Shown piece after piece: positions 41,163 to 50,110 of a stretch of DNA of 50,110 nt (within the stretch, counting starts at the first letter, position 1; each line of letters opens with the position of its first letter). The stretch covers positions 1-50,110 of IMG/VR virus record IMGVR_UViG_3300001765_000072. The stretch is one strand, 5' to 3'. The stretch comes from a virus. The position numbers and the translations under genes were made by a program. The notes beneath the pieces were generated by a model that saw only the letters and a program-made list of their open reading frames with translations, searched no databases and had not been told where the DNA came from.

Positions 41163-44100
41163 TTAAGGTGTAGAATAACTTAACTGTCGTTCGTTTCCAG
41201 CATCGTTTTTGTAATACAGGTTACCGTCGGTTTTAAAATACAGCCTTCCGTACCCGCTGCCTGGCGTTCCCGGCGCCGTTTGTTCCGCTATTTCGACGTA
41301 GGAAGCTGTTTTTAGATAGCCTGCCGCGTAAATATAACCGGTTGCATCCAGGTAGTTATTTGCTATCGTTAGCCGCCTGGTTCCTTCTACAAAAAATTCT
41401 ATCTGCGCCGTTTGGTACATTTTTAAAAATGTGTAGGAACTACTTAAAGCCCCTAAGTATATGTAATTATTAGCACCATCGTAATACATTATACAATCGG
41501 GGCTATACCCGGTACCTGTTCCCATACCCAGGTAATTACCGTCTAAAATATGGGGGCCAGGGTTACTACTGTAGGTATTATACACAAAACCACTATTCCC
41601 AGCGAAGGTACTAGCGCCGCCCCTGTATTGTATTTCGGTACTGCTTCCAGCCGGGCTACCGCCGCCGCTAGGCGCTGCCGCCCAGGCCGGGTAACCGCTT
41701 ACCATTGTCAGTATTTGGCCGTCGGTACCCTTTGCTAACCTGGCCCATTTCGGCGTAGCGTTCCCTATTATCAGGTCGCCTGCCACTACGGTACCGGCCA
41801 GGGTATCGCTATGGGTCGCGCTTAAAAGGTTGTGGTTAGAAGACGCCGCGGCCGCCCAGGCCGGGTAACCTGCTACCATCGTTAAAATATACCCATTGGT
41901 ACCTTTTGCTAGCCTGGCCCATTTCGGCGTAGAATTTCCATAAATTAAATCACCGGCTACGCAAGCGCTGCCTGCTACGTCGCTATGGGTGCTACTAAGT
42001 AAGTTATGGGCTACTGCTATAGCCGGTGACCAAACAGGGAAACCGCTTACTAGCTTTAAATAATGGCCGTCGGTACCTTTTGCAAGCCTGGCCCATTTCG
42101 GCGTAGAATTACCGTAAATAAGGTCGCCAGCTACTACCGTACCGGCCAGGGTGTCGCCGTGGCTAGCGCTTAGTAAATTATGACTAGCTGGCGCCGCCCA
42201 GGCTACTAAACCGGCTACGACTGTTAAAACGTGCCCGGTACTTCCTATAGCTAACCGTTCCCATAAATTAGCGGCGTTCGCGGCTATTATACTACCTGCT
42301 ACGCAAGCGCTGCCGCTAACGTCGCTATGGGTGCTACTTAAAAGGTTATGGCCTGCCGAAGGTAAAGACGCCCAGGCCGGGTAACCTGATACCATTTTTA
42401 GGTAATAACCGTCGGTACCGGCGGCTAACTTCGCCCAGGCTGGCGTAGCGTTACCGTAGATTAAAGCCCCGGCGCTAGGCGCTGAAGCGCTTACGTCGTT
42501 ATGACTGCTTCCTAGTAACGCGTGGCCCGCTGGCGCTGCCGGCGTGGCCCAGGCTGGTAAACCGGCTACCATCGTTAAAATATGCCCATTGGTACCCGCT
42601 GCTATTCGCTGCCAGTTGGCGCTACCGTTCCCGGCTATAAGGTCACCGGCTACGCACGCGCTACCGCTAACGTCGCCGTGTGTGCTACTTAAAAGGTTAT
42701 GGCTAACTGCTACAGCTGGTGACCAAACAGGAAACCCTGTTACCAGTTTCAAAAAATGGCCGTCGGTTCCCTTCGCCAGGCGGGCCCAGGCCGGCGTAGT
42801 GTTCGCGTAAATCAGGTCGCCGGCTACCGGGCTGGCTGCTAGCGTATCGGTATGGGTTGCACTCAATAAGGCCGAAGTACCAGCGCTGGCCGCTATCCAG
42901 CTACGTACGCCAGCGGCCGTACTACTCAATACGTGGCCGTCGCTTGCCGGGTTCCCTAGCGCCGGTTCCGCTGCTATGTCTGCCAGTACCTGGGCCCCGG
43001 TTCTGTACTTTAACAGGCCCGCGTCAGATACTATGAACTTATCGAAGTCACTACCGCCGGCCGGTATGCTTCCTACCTTCAGCTGGCCGTAAACTTCCAC
43101 TTCATTTACGGTAACATTCCTGAAGGCTATAACGTCGGCGCTGTTCGCGTATACGCGTAGTTCATTTGTCGCCTGCGGGTATATTCCATAGACGCCGGTA
43201 CCGAAGGCCAGGCCGTTAGCCAGGGCCCCTGCGCCGCGGTTAATATGTACCGCGCTGGTAGGTGTTCCGGTGCCTATTACGACGTTACCCAGGTAGTCTA
43301 TAAACAGCTGCTGGGTCGCCCCGGCCGCTGCGCCCAGTACCTGTACGCCGCTTCCGCTAGCCTGGGTTTCAGCCGTGGCCTGAAGTACCAGTTTATCGGT
43401 AGCTGCGGTACCGCCTTTAAAGACCTGGCCGCCGGCCCGGCCTGCCAGGTAGGCGTACTGGCTATGATCGTCGCCTACTGCCAGGTTAGCTAAGTCAGAA
43501 TGATTAGTACCTAGCGAAGCTGTAAACTTGTTTCCGTAAACAGTTTCTACCTGGCTGGCAGTACTGGCGCCTTTTTGGAAGACCAGGCGGCCTATTAGAA
43601 AACCGTGGCTGGTTATCCTGGCGGGTAAAGTAGTAGGGGCCGCTTCGGTTTGGGCCTGGGTTACGCTGGTAGCGTTCGAAGTTCCGTAAACCATTACCAG
43701 GCCGCCGTCGGCTTCCATATAAAACCATAAAACGCCGTACCTGTTTACTATTAACGCGGTAAGGGTGCCGGCGTTATTGTAGTTTTGGTTATCCCAGGTA
43801 GCCTGCGCCGCTGCCTGAAGTACTGCGCCCAGGTAGGTAGTAAACCGGTCAGTACCCGAAGTATCTATAGCCGGCGTCGTAAATTCGTTTAGCTTATTGT
43901 ATAATTCGCCAGCGGTTACGGTTATGTACCGGCCGGCTTTATCTCCTATTAACAGCCCTTCTACGCGTTCAAACCCATTATGGCGCAGCCGTTCGTTTAC
44001 TAGGCTTACGCCTTCGGTTACCAGGTCGGGGTTATTCAGAATATGTAAGGCGGTGCCTTCGCGCACTACTGAACCTAGATAAAATTCGGTATGGCGGTTA

Positions 44101-45860
44101 TTCGTAAAACTGGTCTTAACCAGTACCTGCGGGCTACCGGCGTTATAGTCTATGAAGACGTACTTTATTTGGCCGTCGGTTATAGCCTGGCCGGTTACCG
44201 CGGCCCATTCGAACGAAAACAGCCCAGCGCCGCTGCTGTTGGTATCCCGAATAAACCCGGCCCCGGTCGCTACGTTAAATGTTTGGCTGCCGGCGTCAGT
44301 AATAGCGCCGCCTGAAACATACCCAGCGGAACCGAAGACGTTTTTATAGTCGCGTTCCGTATACAGGGCCGCGGTACCTATCCGCTGTATATCTACGTTT
44401 TCGTCGCTTACCCTGGCCTGGCCGGGGGCGCCGCCGCCTACGTGGCCGGTCTTCAAACCGCCGGCCCCTACTATAATCTGTAGGCGCTTTACGTCGGTTA
44501 CTAGCTGCCTGGTTACCTGCTGCTGTAGGTATTCGCTTACTTCTAGCCGGTATTCCCAGTTATTTACTAGGCTCTGTTCCAGGTTAACAATTCGCAGAAG
44601 GTTATTTACGCCCAGGTCAGTATCTACCAGGGTAACCTTTTGCCCTACCAGTAGGTTTACCGCGTTCGTCTTAAAATACGGCCAGTCGGGGTTTACGGTA
44701 TATTTTACCCGCGGGTAACAGTAGTTTTCTAGCGCCGCTTCCGTAGCGTCTTCCAGTTCTGCTTCAGCCAGGGCTATATAGTTAGTAGTTCCTTCTATGC
44801 CTGGCATCTTAATATCTAACAGTACGAAGTCGTCGCCTATTGCCGGCCGGCTGTCTACGTCCGGTAAATTCCTGTCCTGTTCCTGTAATAACTTTAACTC
44901 TATACGCTTGCTGGCGTGAACGTAGTATAGTATTTCGAATTCATAGCCGGCCAGGGCCCCGGTGTTAAAAACTATTTTAGCGGTTACCCCGGCCATAAGA
45001 TAGGCGTTTAAATCGAAGTCAATAGCCGAAGACTGAAGTATAGCCGGGTTTGTATTGTCTACCCAGGTTACACTACCTACGAAGCGCGGGTAAATGTCTT
45101 CAAAAATTATCGTTTTTTCCAGCCGGCCGTATAAATCCATATTCTTAACAGCGGCCCCGAATATGGCAGTTTTACCCTGGAAAACTAGCCTGGGCAAACC
45201 GCCTTTATAGTCGCTGGGTATGTTTCGCGTGGAACCGAAGCCATATAGTACGGTAGCCATATTTTCGCTTCCTACTATGTCGCGTTCCAGGTCGCGCAGC
45301 CCGGCCTTGTATTCCAGGCTTAAGCCACTATCCGCGCCGCCGGCTACTACCAGGTTTATAGTATAACCATTAAACTCATATTCTAGCCCGAATTCGTCGG
45401 CTACGTAGCGCAGCGCTTCCATACAGTTAGCGTTACTAAACGTTAACAGCTTCGAAGAAGTACTAGGCGCTGTTCCTTCAGCCCAGGCGCTGTTTACCCG
45501 CTTTAAATTGTCTACCAGGAAGCCCAGGAAAAAACCGGCGTCGCCCATTAGCGTTATGTCGCTGGTAGCTTCGTTACTATCCAAAACTACCACTTTTGTA
45601 AGGTCGTAAACGTAGCTTTCGAAGGTTACCTGGTAGGTAAATAGGTTCGTAGCCAGCTTCTTTATTTTCGGCAGCTGGTTTAAATAAAATACCCGGCTTC
45701 TGTAGGTTATTTCGTCGCCTATTGCCAGGTCTACCAGGGTATCGCTACTAAAGCTTATCCTTACCAGGTCTTCAGCGAAAAGGCGCTGTATAAAACTACT
45801 ACCGCCTTCAGGTACAATATCTACCACTTTTACAGCGGCCCTGTAGATTGAAATTGTCAT
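41163..45860 (-). CDS. Tail-associated (Tal-like) protein fused to a long fibre
   Basis: 1565 aa directly after Dit (ATGA overlap). N-terminal ~470 aa are tail-tip-like; the C-terminal part carries tandem repeats and a G/Y-rich tip. Confidence 0.7.
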   Translation of the reverse strand: MTISIYRAAVKVVDIVPEGGSSFIQRLFAEDLVRISFSSDTLVDLAIGDEITYRSRVFYLNQLPKIKKLATNLFTYQVTFESYVYDLTKVVVLDSNEATSDITLMGDAGFFLGFLVDNLKRVNSAWAEGTAPSTSSKLLTFSNANCMEALRYVADEFGLEYEFNGYTINLVVAGGADSGLSLEYKAGLRDLERDIVGSENMATVLYGFGSTRNIPSDYKGGLPRLVFQGKTAIFGAAVKNMDLYGRLEKTIIFEDIYPRFVGSVTWVDNTNPAILQSSAIDFDLNAYLMAGVTAKIVFNTGALAGYEFEILYYVHASKRIELKLLQEQDRNLPDVDSRPAIGDDFVLLDIKMPGIEGTTNYIALAEAELEDATEAALENYCYPRVKYTVNPDWPYFKTNAVNLLVGQKVTLVDTDLGVNNLLRIVNLEQSLVNNWEYRLEVSEYLQQQVTRQLVTDVKRLQIIVGAGGLKTGHVGGGAPGQARVSDENVDIQRIGTAALYTERDYKNVFGSAGYVSGGAITDAGSQTFNVATGAGFIRDTNSSGAGLFSFEWAAVTGQAITDGQIKYVFIDYNAGSPQVLVKTSFTNNRHTEFYLGSVVREGTALHILNNPDLVTEGVSLVNERLRHNGFERVEGLLIGDKAGRYITVTAGELYNKLNEFTTPAIDTSGTDRFTTYLGAVLQAAAQATWDNQNYNNAGTLTALIVNRYGVLWFYMEADGGLVMVYGTSNATSVTQAQTEAAPTTLPARITSHGFLIGRLVFQKGASTASQVETVYGNKFTASLGTNHSDLANLAVGDDHSQYAYLAGRAGGQVFKGGTAATDKLVLQATAETQASGSGVQVLGAAAGATQQLFIDYLGNVVIGTGTPTSAVHINRGAGALANGLAFGTGVYGIYPQATNELRVYANSADVIAFRNVTVNEVEVYGQLKVGSIPAGGSDFDKFIVSDAGLLKYRTGAQVLADIAAEPALGNPASDGHVLSSTAAGVRSWIAASAGTSALLSATHTDTLAASPVAGDLIYANTTPAWARLAKGTDGHFLKLVTGFPVWSPAVAVSHNLLSSTHGDVSGSACVAGDLIAGNGSANWQRIAAGTNGHILTMVAGLPAWATPAAPAGHALLGSSHNDVSASAPSAGALIYGNATPAWAKLAAGTDGYYLKMVSGYPAWASLPSAGHNLLSSTHSDVSGSACVAGSIIAANAANLWERLAIGSTGHVLTVVAGLVAWAAPASHNLLSASHGDTLAGTVVAGDLIYGNSTPKWARLAKGTDGHYLKLVSGFPVWSPAIAVAHNLLSSTHSDVAGSACVAGDLIYGNSTPKWARLAKGTNGYILTMVAGYPAWAAAASSNHNLLSATHSDTLAGTVVAGDLIIGNATPKWARLAKGTDGQILTMVSGYPAWAAAPSGGGSPAGSSTEIQYRGGASTFAGNSGFVYNTYSSNPGPHILDGNYLGMGTGTGYSPDCIMYYDGANNYIYLGALSSSYTFLKMYQTAQIEFFVEGTRRLTIANNYLDATGYIYAAGYLKTASYVEIAEQTAPGTPGSGYGRLYFKTDGNLYYKNDAGNERQLSYSTP
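41665..42875 (-). repeat. Seven tandem in-frame repeats of ~58 aa (174 nt) inside the Tal/fibre gene
   Basis: Consensus HNLLSxTHxDxxGSxxVAGDLIYGNxTPxWARLAKGTDGxxLxxVSGxPxWxxx. The 20-mer cctggcccatttcggcgtag recurs at 41739, 41913 and 42087. Confidence 0.85.
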
Positions 45861-46720
45861 ACTATACGCAAATTAAGGTTAAACATTGCTACCGCCTTCG
45901 GGGCCGTCGGTTTCGTTACCATTTCAACGCGGCCGCCGTCTTTACAATAAACAGTATAATTACCGTCGCCTGGTACCGTTAGCGTTCGGGTATTAGCCTG
46001 AAAAATTATATACTTTAAAACGCCCAGGTTAGTTACTAAAGCTTCCTGGGTATTCGCTACCATATGGCCCCTTACCACTATGTCGCGGGCTTCATAGTGC
46101 CTGTTTTCCACTTCCGTAAAAACCCTTTCACCGTTGGCCCATATATCGCTGAACTTAGGGTATTGCTTTACGGCGGGCTTTCCATACAGGTTATCTATAC
46201 TGGTAACTGTCATTCCTAGCAGGCCGCGCAGGTCGTAACCATCCAGGCCGTAACGGCCGGCAGCCAGGGCCGGTATCGGGTCAGGAAGGGCCGGCGGCGT
46301 TCCTGGTATGTCGTCGGTTACCGGTTCCGTAAAATGAAGCTGGAAACGTATAACGCGCTTTTCTGCCAGGCGCCCTGTTAACATAGCTACGTTAATCGCT
46401 GTATTCAGGTAAACGCTGTAAGCTTTCGTACTGTAAGGCGTTACCAGGCTACGCATTCCAGGCGCCGCTAAAAGGTCTATAAAGGCGTTCCAGTCGGCCT
46501 TAAAATCTGCCTGGTCAGCCCTGAAATGGCAAAATAGGGTAATATCCCTGGCCTGAAATTTAATAAGGTCGCTACTTACGTACGCCTGCTGGCCGTCTTC
46601 ATCAAACCAGCCGAAGGCGCCCAGGTCTTTACGCGTGCAAAAATCCAGGGCCCCTTCTGAACGTTCTACGCCTACGCCGTAGGTTCGAAGTTCGGTACCG
46701 TCTATACTATACGTTCCCAT
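45857..46720 (-). CDS. Distal tail protein (Dit) candidate
   Basis: 287-aa ORF between the tape measure and the Tal-like gene. Confidence 0.55.
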   Translation of the reverse strand: MGTYSIDGTELRTYGVGVERSEGALDFCTRKDLGAFGWFDEDGQQAYVSSDLIKFQARDITLFCHFRADQADFKADWNAFIDLLAAPGMRSLVTPYSTKAYSVYLNTAINVAMLTGRLAEKRVIRFQLHFTEPVTDDIPGTPPALPDPIPALAAGRYGLDGYDLRGLLGMTVTSIDNLYGKPAVKQYPKFSDIWANGERVFTEVENRHYEARDIVVRGHMVANTQEALVTNLGVLKYIIFQANTRTLTVPGDGNYTVYCKDGGRVEMVTKPTAPKAVAMFNLNLRIV

Positions 46721-49700
46721 TTGCGCGAAGTTGGTTTGCTGTTTCGTTCGTTCCCAGGCGCTGGTTAATCTCTACCAGCAGCTTTAAATAGGCCGTATTG
46801 CTAGCTATCTGCTTAAGTACTACCAGGCTGTCTTTATTTACTTCCAGCTGGTTCTGAATGTTTATCCGCATATTACCCAGCTGGCCGGCCATAAGGTTAG
46901 CGGTATCTTCGGTTATGCCTTTAATGGCACCGGCCAGGCCCTGGCCGTTACTACCGGTAGCGTCAGCTGCTGCCAGGCTTAGCCCGCTTATTTTTTCCAG
47001 CTGGGCGAAGTTGTCGCCTGCTGTTTGCAGGGCTGCCATATACTGCGCGCGAAGGGCCGTAATTTCATCAGGCGTTAATTCATTACCGCTTACGCTAGCT
47101 TCCGTAAAAGCCTTGTAAAAGTCGTCTATACCAGCCAGCAGTACCTTCTGTTTAAAGCTTTCTAGTAGCGCGTTTTTCATTAGCCCTTCGAAGGTATCGG
47201 CGAAAACTTCTGAAGGGTTTTTGCCGGCTGCGAAGCCCTGTATAATACCGTCGGCTATGCTTTCGGCCGTCGTTTTCGTCAGGCTTTCCGCTAGCCTGTC
47301 GTACGTGGCCTTCGCGTCGGCGTAACTTTGGGCCAGGTCGTCTTTTTTACCCTGGCGTCTTTCGGTATTCCGCTTTTCGGCTAGTTTGTCGTATTCAGCC
47401 TGGTAAAGCTTCATTTTTTCTAATTCCAGTTCCATTAACAGCGCCGTACTAGCAGACTGTTCAGCGTAACCTAGCGCTATTTCATTCTGCGCCTTCGAAG
47501 AAGCTACACTTAACCGAAGTAGGCCCATTTGGTATTTATCGAATAAACTAGATAGCTGGCTTACCATAGTAGACCATTTTTTTACCTGGCTGGTTCCAGC
47601 GTCGGCCAAACCGCCCAGTATATCACCGCTTAAAACCTTACCGGCGGCCCCTGTCATTTCGCTAAACTGCGAAAAAAGGCTATCTATAGCGGGGCTATCT
47701 ACGCCTAAACTATCCATCGTTGCCTTTATACTGTTGGCTATTACCTGGGCCCCTACTAAAATGGTTTGTATGTTCGCCAGGTGTAGCCGTTCTGTCGCTT
47801 CTAGTTTCGCCTTTTGGGTCTTAGCGTCTTCAATTTCTTTTTTTAATACCTGCCTGTGGTTAACCAGCTGGGTAATATTCATACCCTGAAGGTACCGCTG
47901 GTACTGGCTGGCGTTTTTTTGCTGCTTTTCGTACCAGTCAATCTGTATATTTTCCAGCCTGCTAACGTATTCGAAATAGTCAATTTCACCGGTGCTATAA
48001 CTCTTAAGAAGGGCCTGGCGCTGTTGTTCCAGCTGGCCGTCCTGGGCCGCCTGGGCCATTTTTACCCGCTTCTTCTGCGCTTCTTCAGCTAGTGTAAGTT
48101 CGTCTTTTAACAGGGTATCCCAGCTAGCGCGCTTTTCTTTATTAGCGGTATCGGTTATAACCTTTTCGCTTTCTACTATCTGCTGTTCCTGGGCTAGCTG
48201 CCTGTCTGCCTTCGTTTTTTCCAGGGTAACTTCTTCCAGGCTGGCGTCTTTACCGTACTTCTTCAGTAGGGCTATTAGTTTTTCCTGGGCTTCTACTTCA
48301 ATGTCGAATAAATCGCGCTCTAGTTTTATCTTACTGGCTCTTTCCTGTTCCGCGCTAATTTGTTCCAGTACCTTTTCAACTTCTATTTTTTTCTTACCCA
48401 GTTCCAGGGCTTTATCCAGGTCTACTTCGGCTTTGGGTTTATCCGGTGTAATGTTGTCAGCGCTAGATTTTATTTGTATTTCGGTTATGGAAGCCAGTAT
48501 TTTTTCATACGCCGCGTTTAACTGGCCCAGTTCCGCGTCAGTTTTAGCTATTTCGGCGGGTAAATTACGGTTTTCCTTCGGGGCGAAGGCGTCGGTTACC
48601 AGCCCCACTTTTTTAAGCCTGGACTGCTGGTCTTCCAGTTCCATTTGCTTAGTGGTTATCTGTTCGTAAAGCTTAGCGGCTACGCGTTCGCGGGCCATCA
48701 GTTCTATACGTTCCCTTACCCTTTTGTTTATAACCGCGTAGGCTTCTGCGCTGGCCTGTATGTAATTCGTTTCGGTTAACAGGTTCGGTAAGAATTCGCC
48801 GTAGCTGCTGTTTATTTCGTCTATGGTTTTCTTCCGGTCTTCCTGGCTGGTCTTCGCGTTCCGCAGGCGTTCAAAAAGTATATCCAGTTTTGAAATTTCG
48901 TTACCTATTTCCTGGTTCGCTTCGCGCTGGGTTTCCTTCAGTACTTCATTCGTATTTATGTATTCCTTATGCCTTTTGGTAAGGGCTGCTATAGCCATAC
49001 CCAGGGCCACTACTACGCCTATCGCTGCGCCGACTACGTTAGCCTTCATAGCGACGTTCGCGGCCTTCTGCGCGGCTGTCATAGTTACCATGGAAGCTGT
49101 TAGCTTTTTAGTGGTGTTACTAAGGGCTTCTTCCGCTAACATTATACGCCAGGTAACCGCTTCCTTAATCTTAGCTATAATTATACCAGCGTTCATAATA
49201 CCGTTAAAAAGAATAGCGGCCGCCTTCGAAGTCGCCCAGGCTATACCCAGTATTTTTATAACCGTCGCCAGGGCGCCCAGGCTCTTAACTATTTTGGTTA
49301 CGGTGCCGTCGTCGAAGGCTTTATTTAGGCTTACCAGTAACTTACTGGCCTGGCCTAGCAGCGCGTCGCCCAGGGGCTTAAGTTCAGCGTTTACGTTATT
49401 GGCTAGTACCTTCCGCTGGTTGGTAAAGCTTTCCATCATTTTTTTATATGCCACTTCCGCGCTACCGGTGCCCGCTTTGATATTCGCCAGGGCTTCCGCG
49501 AACTTTTCGCCGTTTTCGCCTGCTATAGAAAGTACGCCAGCCAGCCCTTCTACGTTCGGGAAAAGTTTAGCTATCGTATCTATGTTACCGCCGGTTTTCT
49601 TCATCAGGTCGGCCATAAAACCGCCCAGGCCCTTAGTTTTTATGGCTGCTACGTCAAACTGAATTCCTAGCTTTTCGGCCTGTTCTGTCGCTTCCTTCGC

Positions 49701-50110
49701 CGGCTTAATTACGCTGGTTAACATACCGCGCATAGCTGAAGTAAAAATATCGGTTTTCAGGGTTTTGGTTCCCAGCGCGTAGGCCGCTGCCAGGTCGTCG
49801 AAGGCCAGGCCAGCCTGCGCCGCTATACCGGTTACGTTCGTAATGGCCGGCGCTATTTCTCTCATACTGGTTTTACCCAGGCGAACAATGGTAAAAAGCC
49901 TATCCATTATGTCGGCCGTGTTACCCGCGCTGGCGCCGTAGGCGTTCATAATTCCAGTTAACGCGTCGGCCGTGGTAAAGGTATCAGTTACGCCTGCTAC
50001 AGCTCCGTGGGCTGATACCGTTAGTATATCTAAAGCCTGGGCGCTATCGTACCCGGCGCTTACTATTTGGTACAGGGCCTTACTTAATCCTGTGGCTGTA
50101 TCCGGTACCG
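46707..50110 (-). CDS. Tape measure protein, main body (total 1234 aa when joined to 1-347)
   Basis: Very long alpha-helical, coiled-coil-rich ORF with hydrophobic segments, sitting between the tail chaperones and Dit. The frame stays open upstream of the M at 49949 to the window end. Confidence 0.85.
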   Translation of the reverse strand, partial: VPDTATGLSKALYQIVSAGYDSAQALDILTVSAHGAVAGVTDTFTTADALTGIMNAYGASAGNTADIMDRLFTIVRLGKTSMREIAPAITNVTGIAAQAGLAFDDLAAAYALGTKTLKTDIFTSAMRGMLTSVIKPAKEATEQAEKLGIQFDVAAIKTKGLGGFMADLMKKTGGNIDTIAKLFPNVEGLAGVLSIAGENGEKFAEALANIKAGTGSAEVAYKKMMESFTNQRKVLANNVNAELKPLGDALLGQASKLLVSLNKAFDDGTVTKIVKSLGALATVIKILGIAWATSKAAAILFNGIMNAGIIIAKIKEAVTWRIMLAEEALSNTTKKLTASMVTMTAAQKAANVAMKANVVGAAIGVVVALGMAIAALTKRHKEYINTNEVLKETQREANQEIGNEISKLDILFERLRNAKTSQEDRKKTIDEINSSYGEFLPNLLTETNYIQASAEAYAVINKRVRERIELMARERVAAKLYEQITTKQMELEDQQSRLKKVGLVTDAFAPKENRNLPAEIAKTDAELGQLNAAYEKILASITEIQIKSSADNITPDKPKAEVDLDKALELGKKKIEVEKVLEQISAEQERASKIKLERDLFDIEVEAQEKLIALLKKYGKDASLEEVTLEKTKADRQLAQEQQIVESEKVITDTANKEKRASWDTLLKDELTLAEEAQKKRVKMAQAAQDGQLEQQRQALLKSYSTGEIDYFEYVSRLENIQIDWYEKQQKNASQYQRYLQGMNITQLVNHRQVLKKEIEDAKTQKAKLEATERLHLANIQTILVGAQVIANSIKATMDSLGVDSPAIDSLFSQFSEMTGAAGKVLSGDILGGLADAGTSQVKKWSTMVSQLSSLFDKYQMGLLRLSVASSKAQNEIALGYAEQSASTALLMELELEKMKLYQAEYDKLAEKRNTERRQGKKDDLAQSYADAKATYDRLAESLTKTTAESIADGIIQGFAAGKNPSEVFADTFEGLMKNALLESFKQKVLLAGIDDFYKAFTEASVSGNELTPDEITALRAQYMAALQTAGDNFAQLEKISGLSLAAADATGSNGQGLAGAIKGITEDTANLMAGQLGNMRINIQNQLEVNKDSLVVLKQIASNTAYLKLLVEINQRLGTNETANQLRANGNV
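50065..50110. repeat. Second copy of the 46-nt terminal repeat
   Basis: Exact match to 1-46. Confidence 0.9.

Noticed and set aside
41163-45860. Diversity-generating retroelement acting on the fibre repeats
   Set aside because: There is no reverse transcriptase gene anywhere in the genome. The repeats are tandem in-frame modules rather than a template/variable pair with adenine-specific differences.
28-49662. Many long plus-strand ORFs in the track (e.g. 28-456, 5194-5796, 6975-7343, 48823-49662)
   Set aside because: Each lies antisense to a minus-strand gene with recognisable motifs or module position. Their products are low-complexity (S/A/F/L-rich). None has its own promoter or terminator context. 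I treat them as shadow ORFs.
1-50110. CRISPR arrays, rRNA, transposases/IS elements, stop-codon reassignment
   Set aside because: No spacer-repeat periodicity and no rRNA-like or transposase-like sequences were seen. All modules translate as intact ORFs in the standard code.

Overview
The window is a complete, circularly closed tailed-phage genome of about 50,064 bp with siphovirus-type organisation. The first 46 nt are repeated exactly at 50065-50110, and the tape-measure gene reads in frame across that junction.

All credible genes (about 85) lie on the minus strand. They are tightly packed, with many ATGA/TAATG start-stop overlaps. The plus-strand ORFs in the track look like antisense shadows.

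In transcription direction from the one large non-coding hub (32903-33427), the order is:
- Small early genes, a DUF932 protein and an XRE-type HTH protein.
- A recombination/replication module: PD-(D/E)XK exonuclease, wHTH initiator-like protein, RuvC-like resolvase, DnaA-domain-IV-like protein, coiled-coil P-loop ATPase and DEDDh exonuclease.
- An accessory stretch: ASCH, a DUF115/GT42-like transferase, a beta-class amino-methyltransferase, a GH16-like lipoprotein and Zn-ribbon paralogs.
- A packaging/head module: TerS candidate, C5-cytosine methyltransferase, TerL, portal, a MuF-type head protein fused to an ADP-ribosyltransferase, scaffold, decoration-like protein and lambda-E-like capsid protein.
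- A tail module: connectors, major tail protein, chaperones, a 1234-aa tape measure, Dit, a 1565-aa Tal/fibre protein and three more fibre genes.
- A lysis cassette: holin candidates, an Amidase_3 endolysin and several membrane proteins.

I found no integrase, DNA polymerase, helicase, primase, complete tRNA or CRISPR array. The absence of Shine-Dalgarno sequences and the presence of TAnnTTTG boxes in intergenic gaps suggest a Bacteroidota host; this is inference.

The most notable observations are:
- More than 10-fold, site-specific depletion of GATC and CATG, set against very abundant CCWGG/GGCC and two orphan methyltransferase genes that are compositional outliers.
- A head-protein/ADP-ribosyltransferase fusion, a likely injected effector.
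- A GH16-like lipoprotein translationally coupled to two Zn-ribbon paralogs.
- An ASCH plus DUF115/GT42-like plus methyltransferase islet.
- Seven tandem 58-aa repeats in the giant fibre protein.
- A start-less ORF in the lysis cassette.
- A non-coding hub containing a tRNA-like 3' half, 12-bp direct repeats and a TTTGCG/CGCAAA array.

All domain calls come from motif reading by eye, not from database searches.
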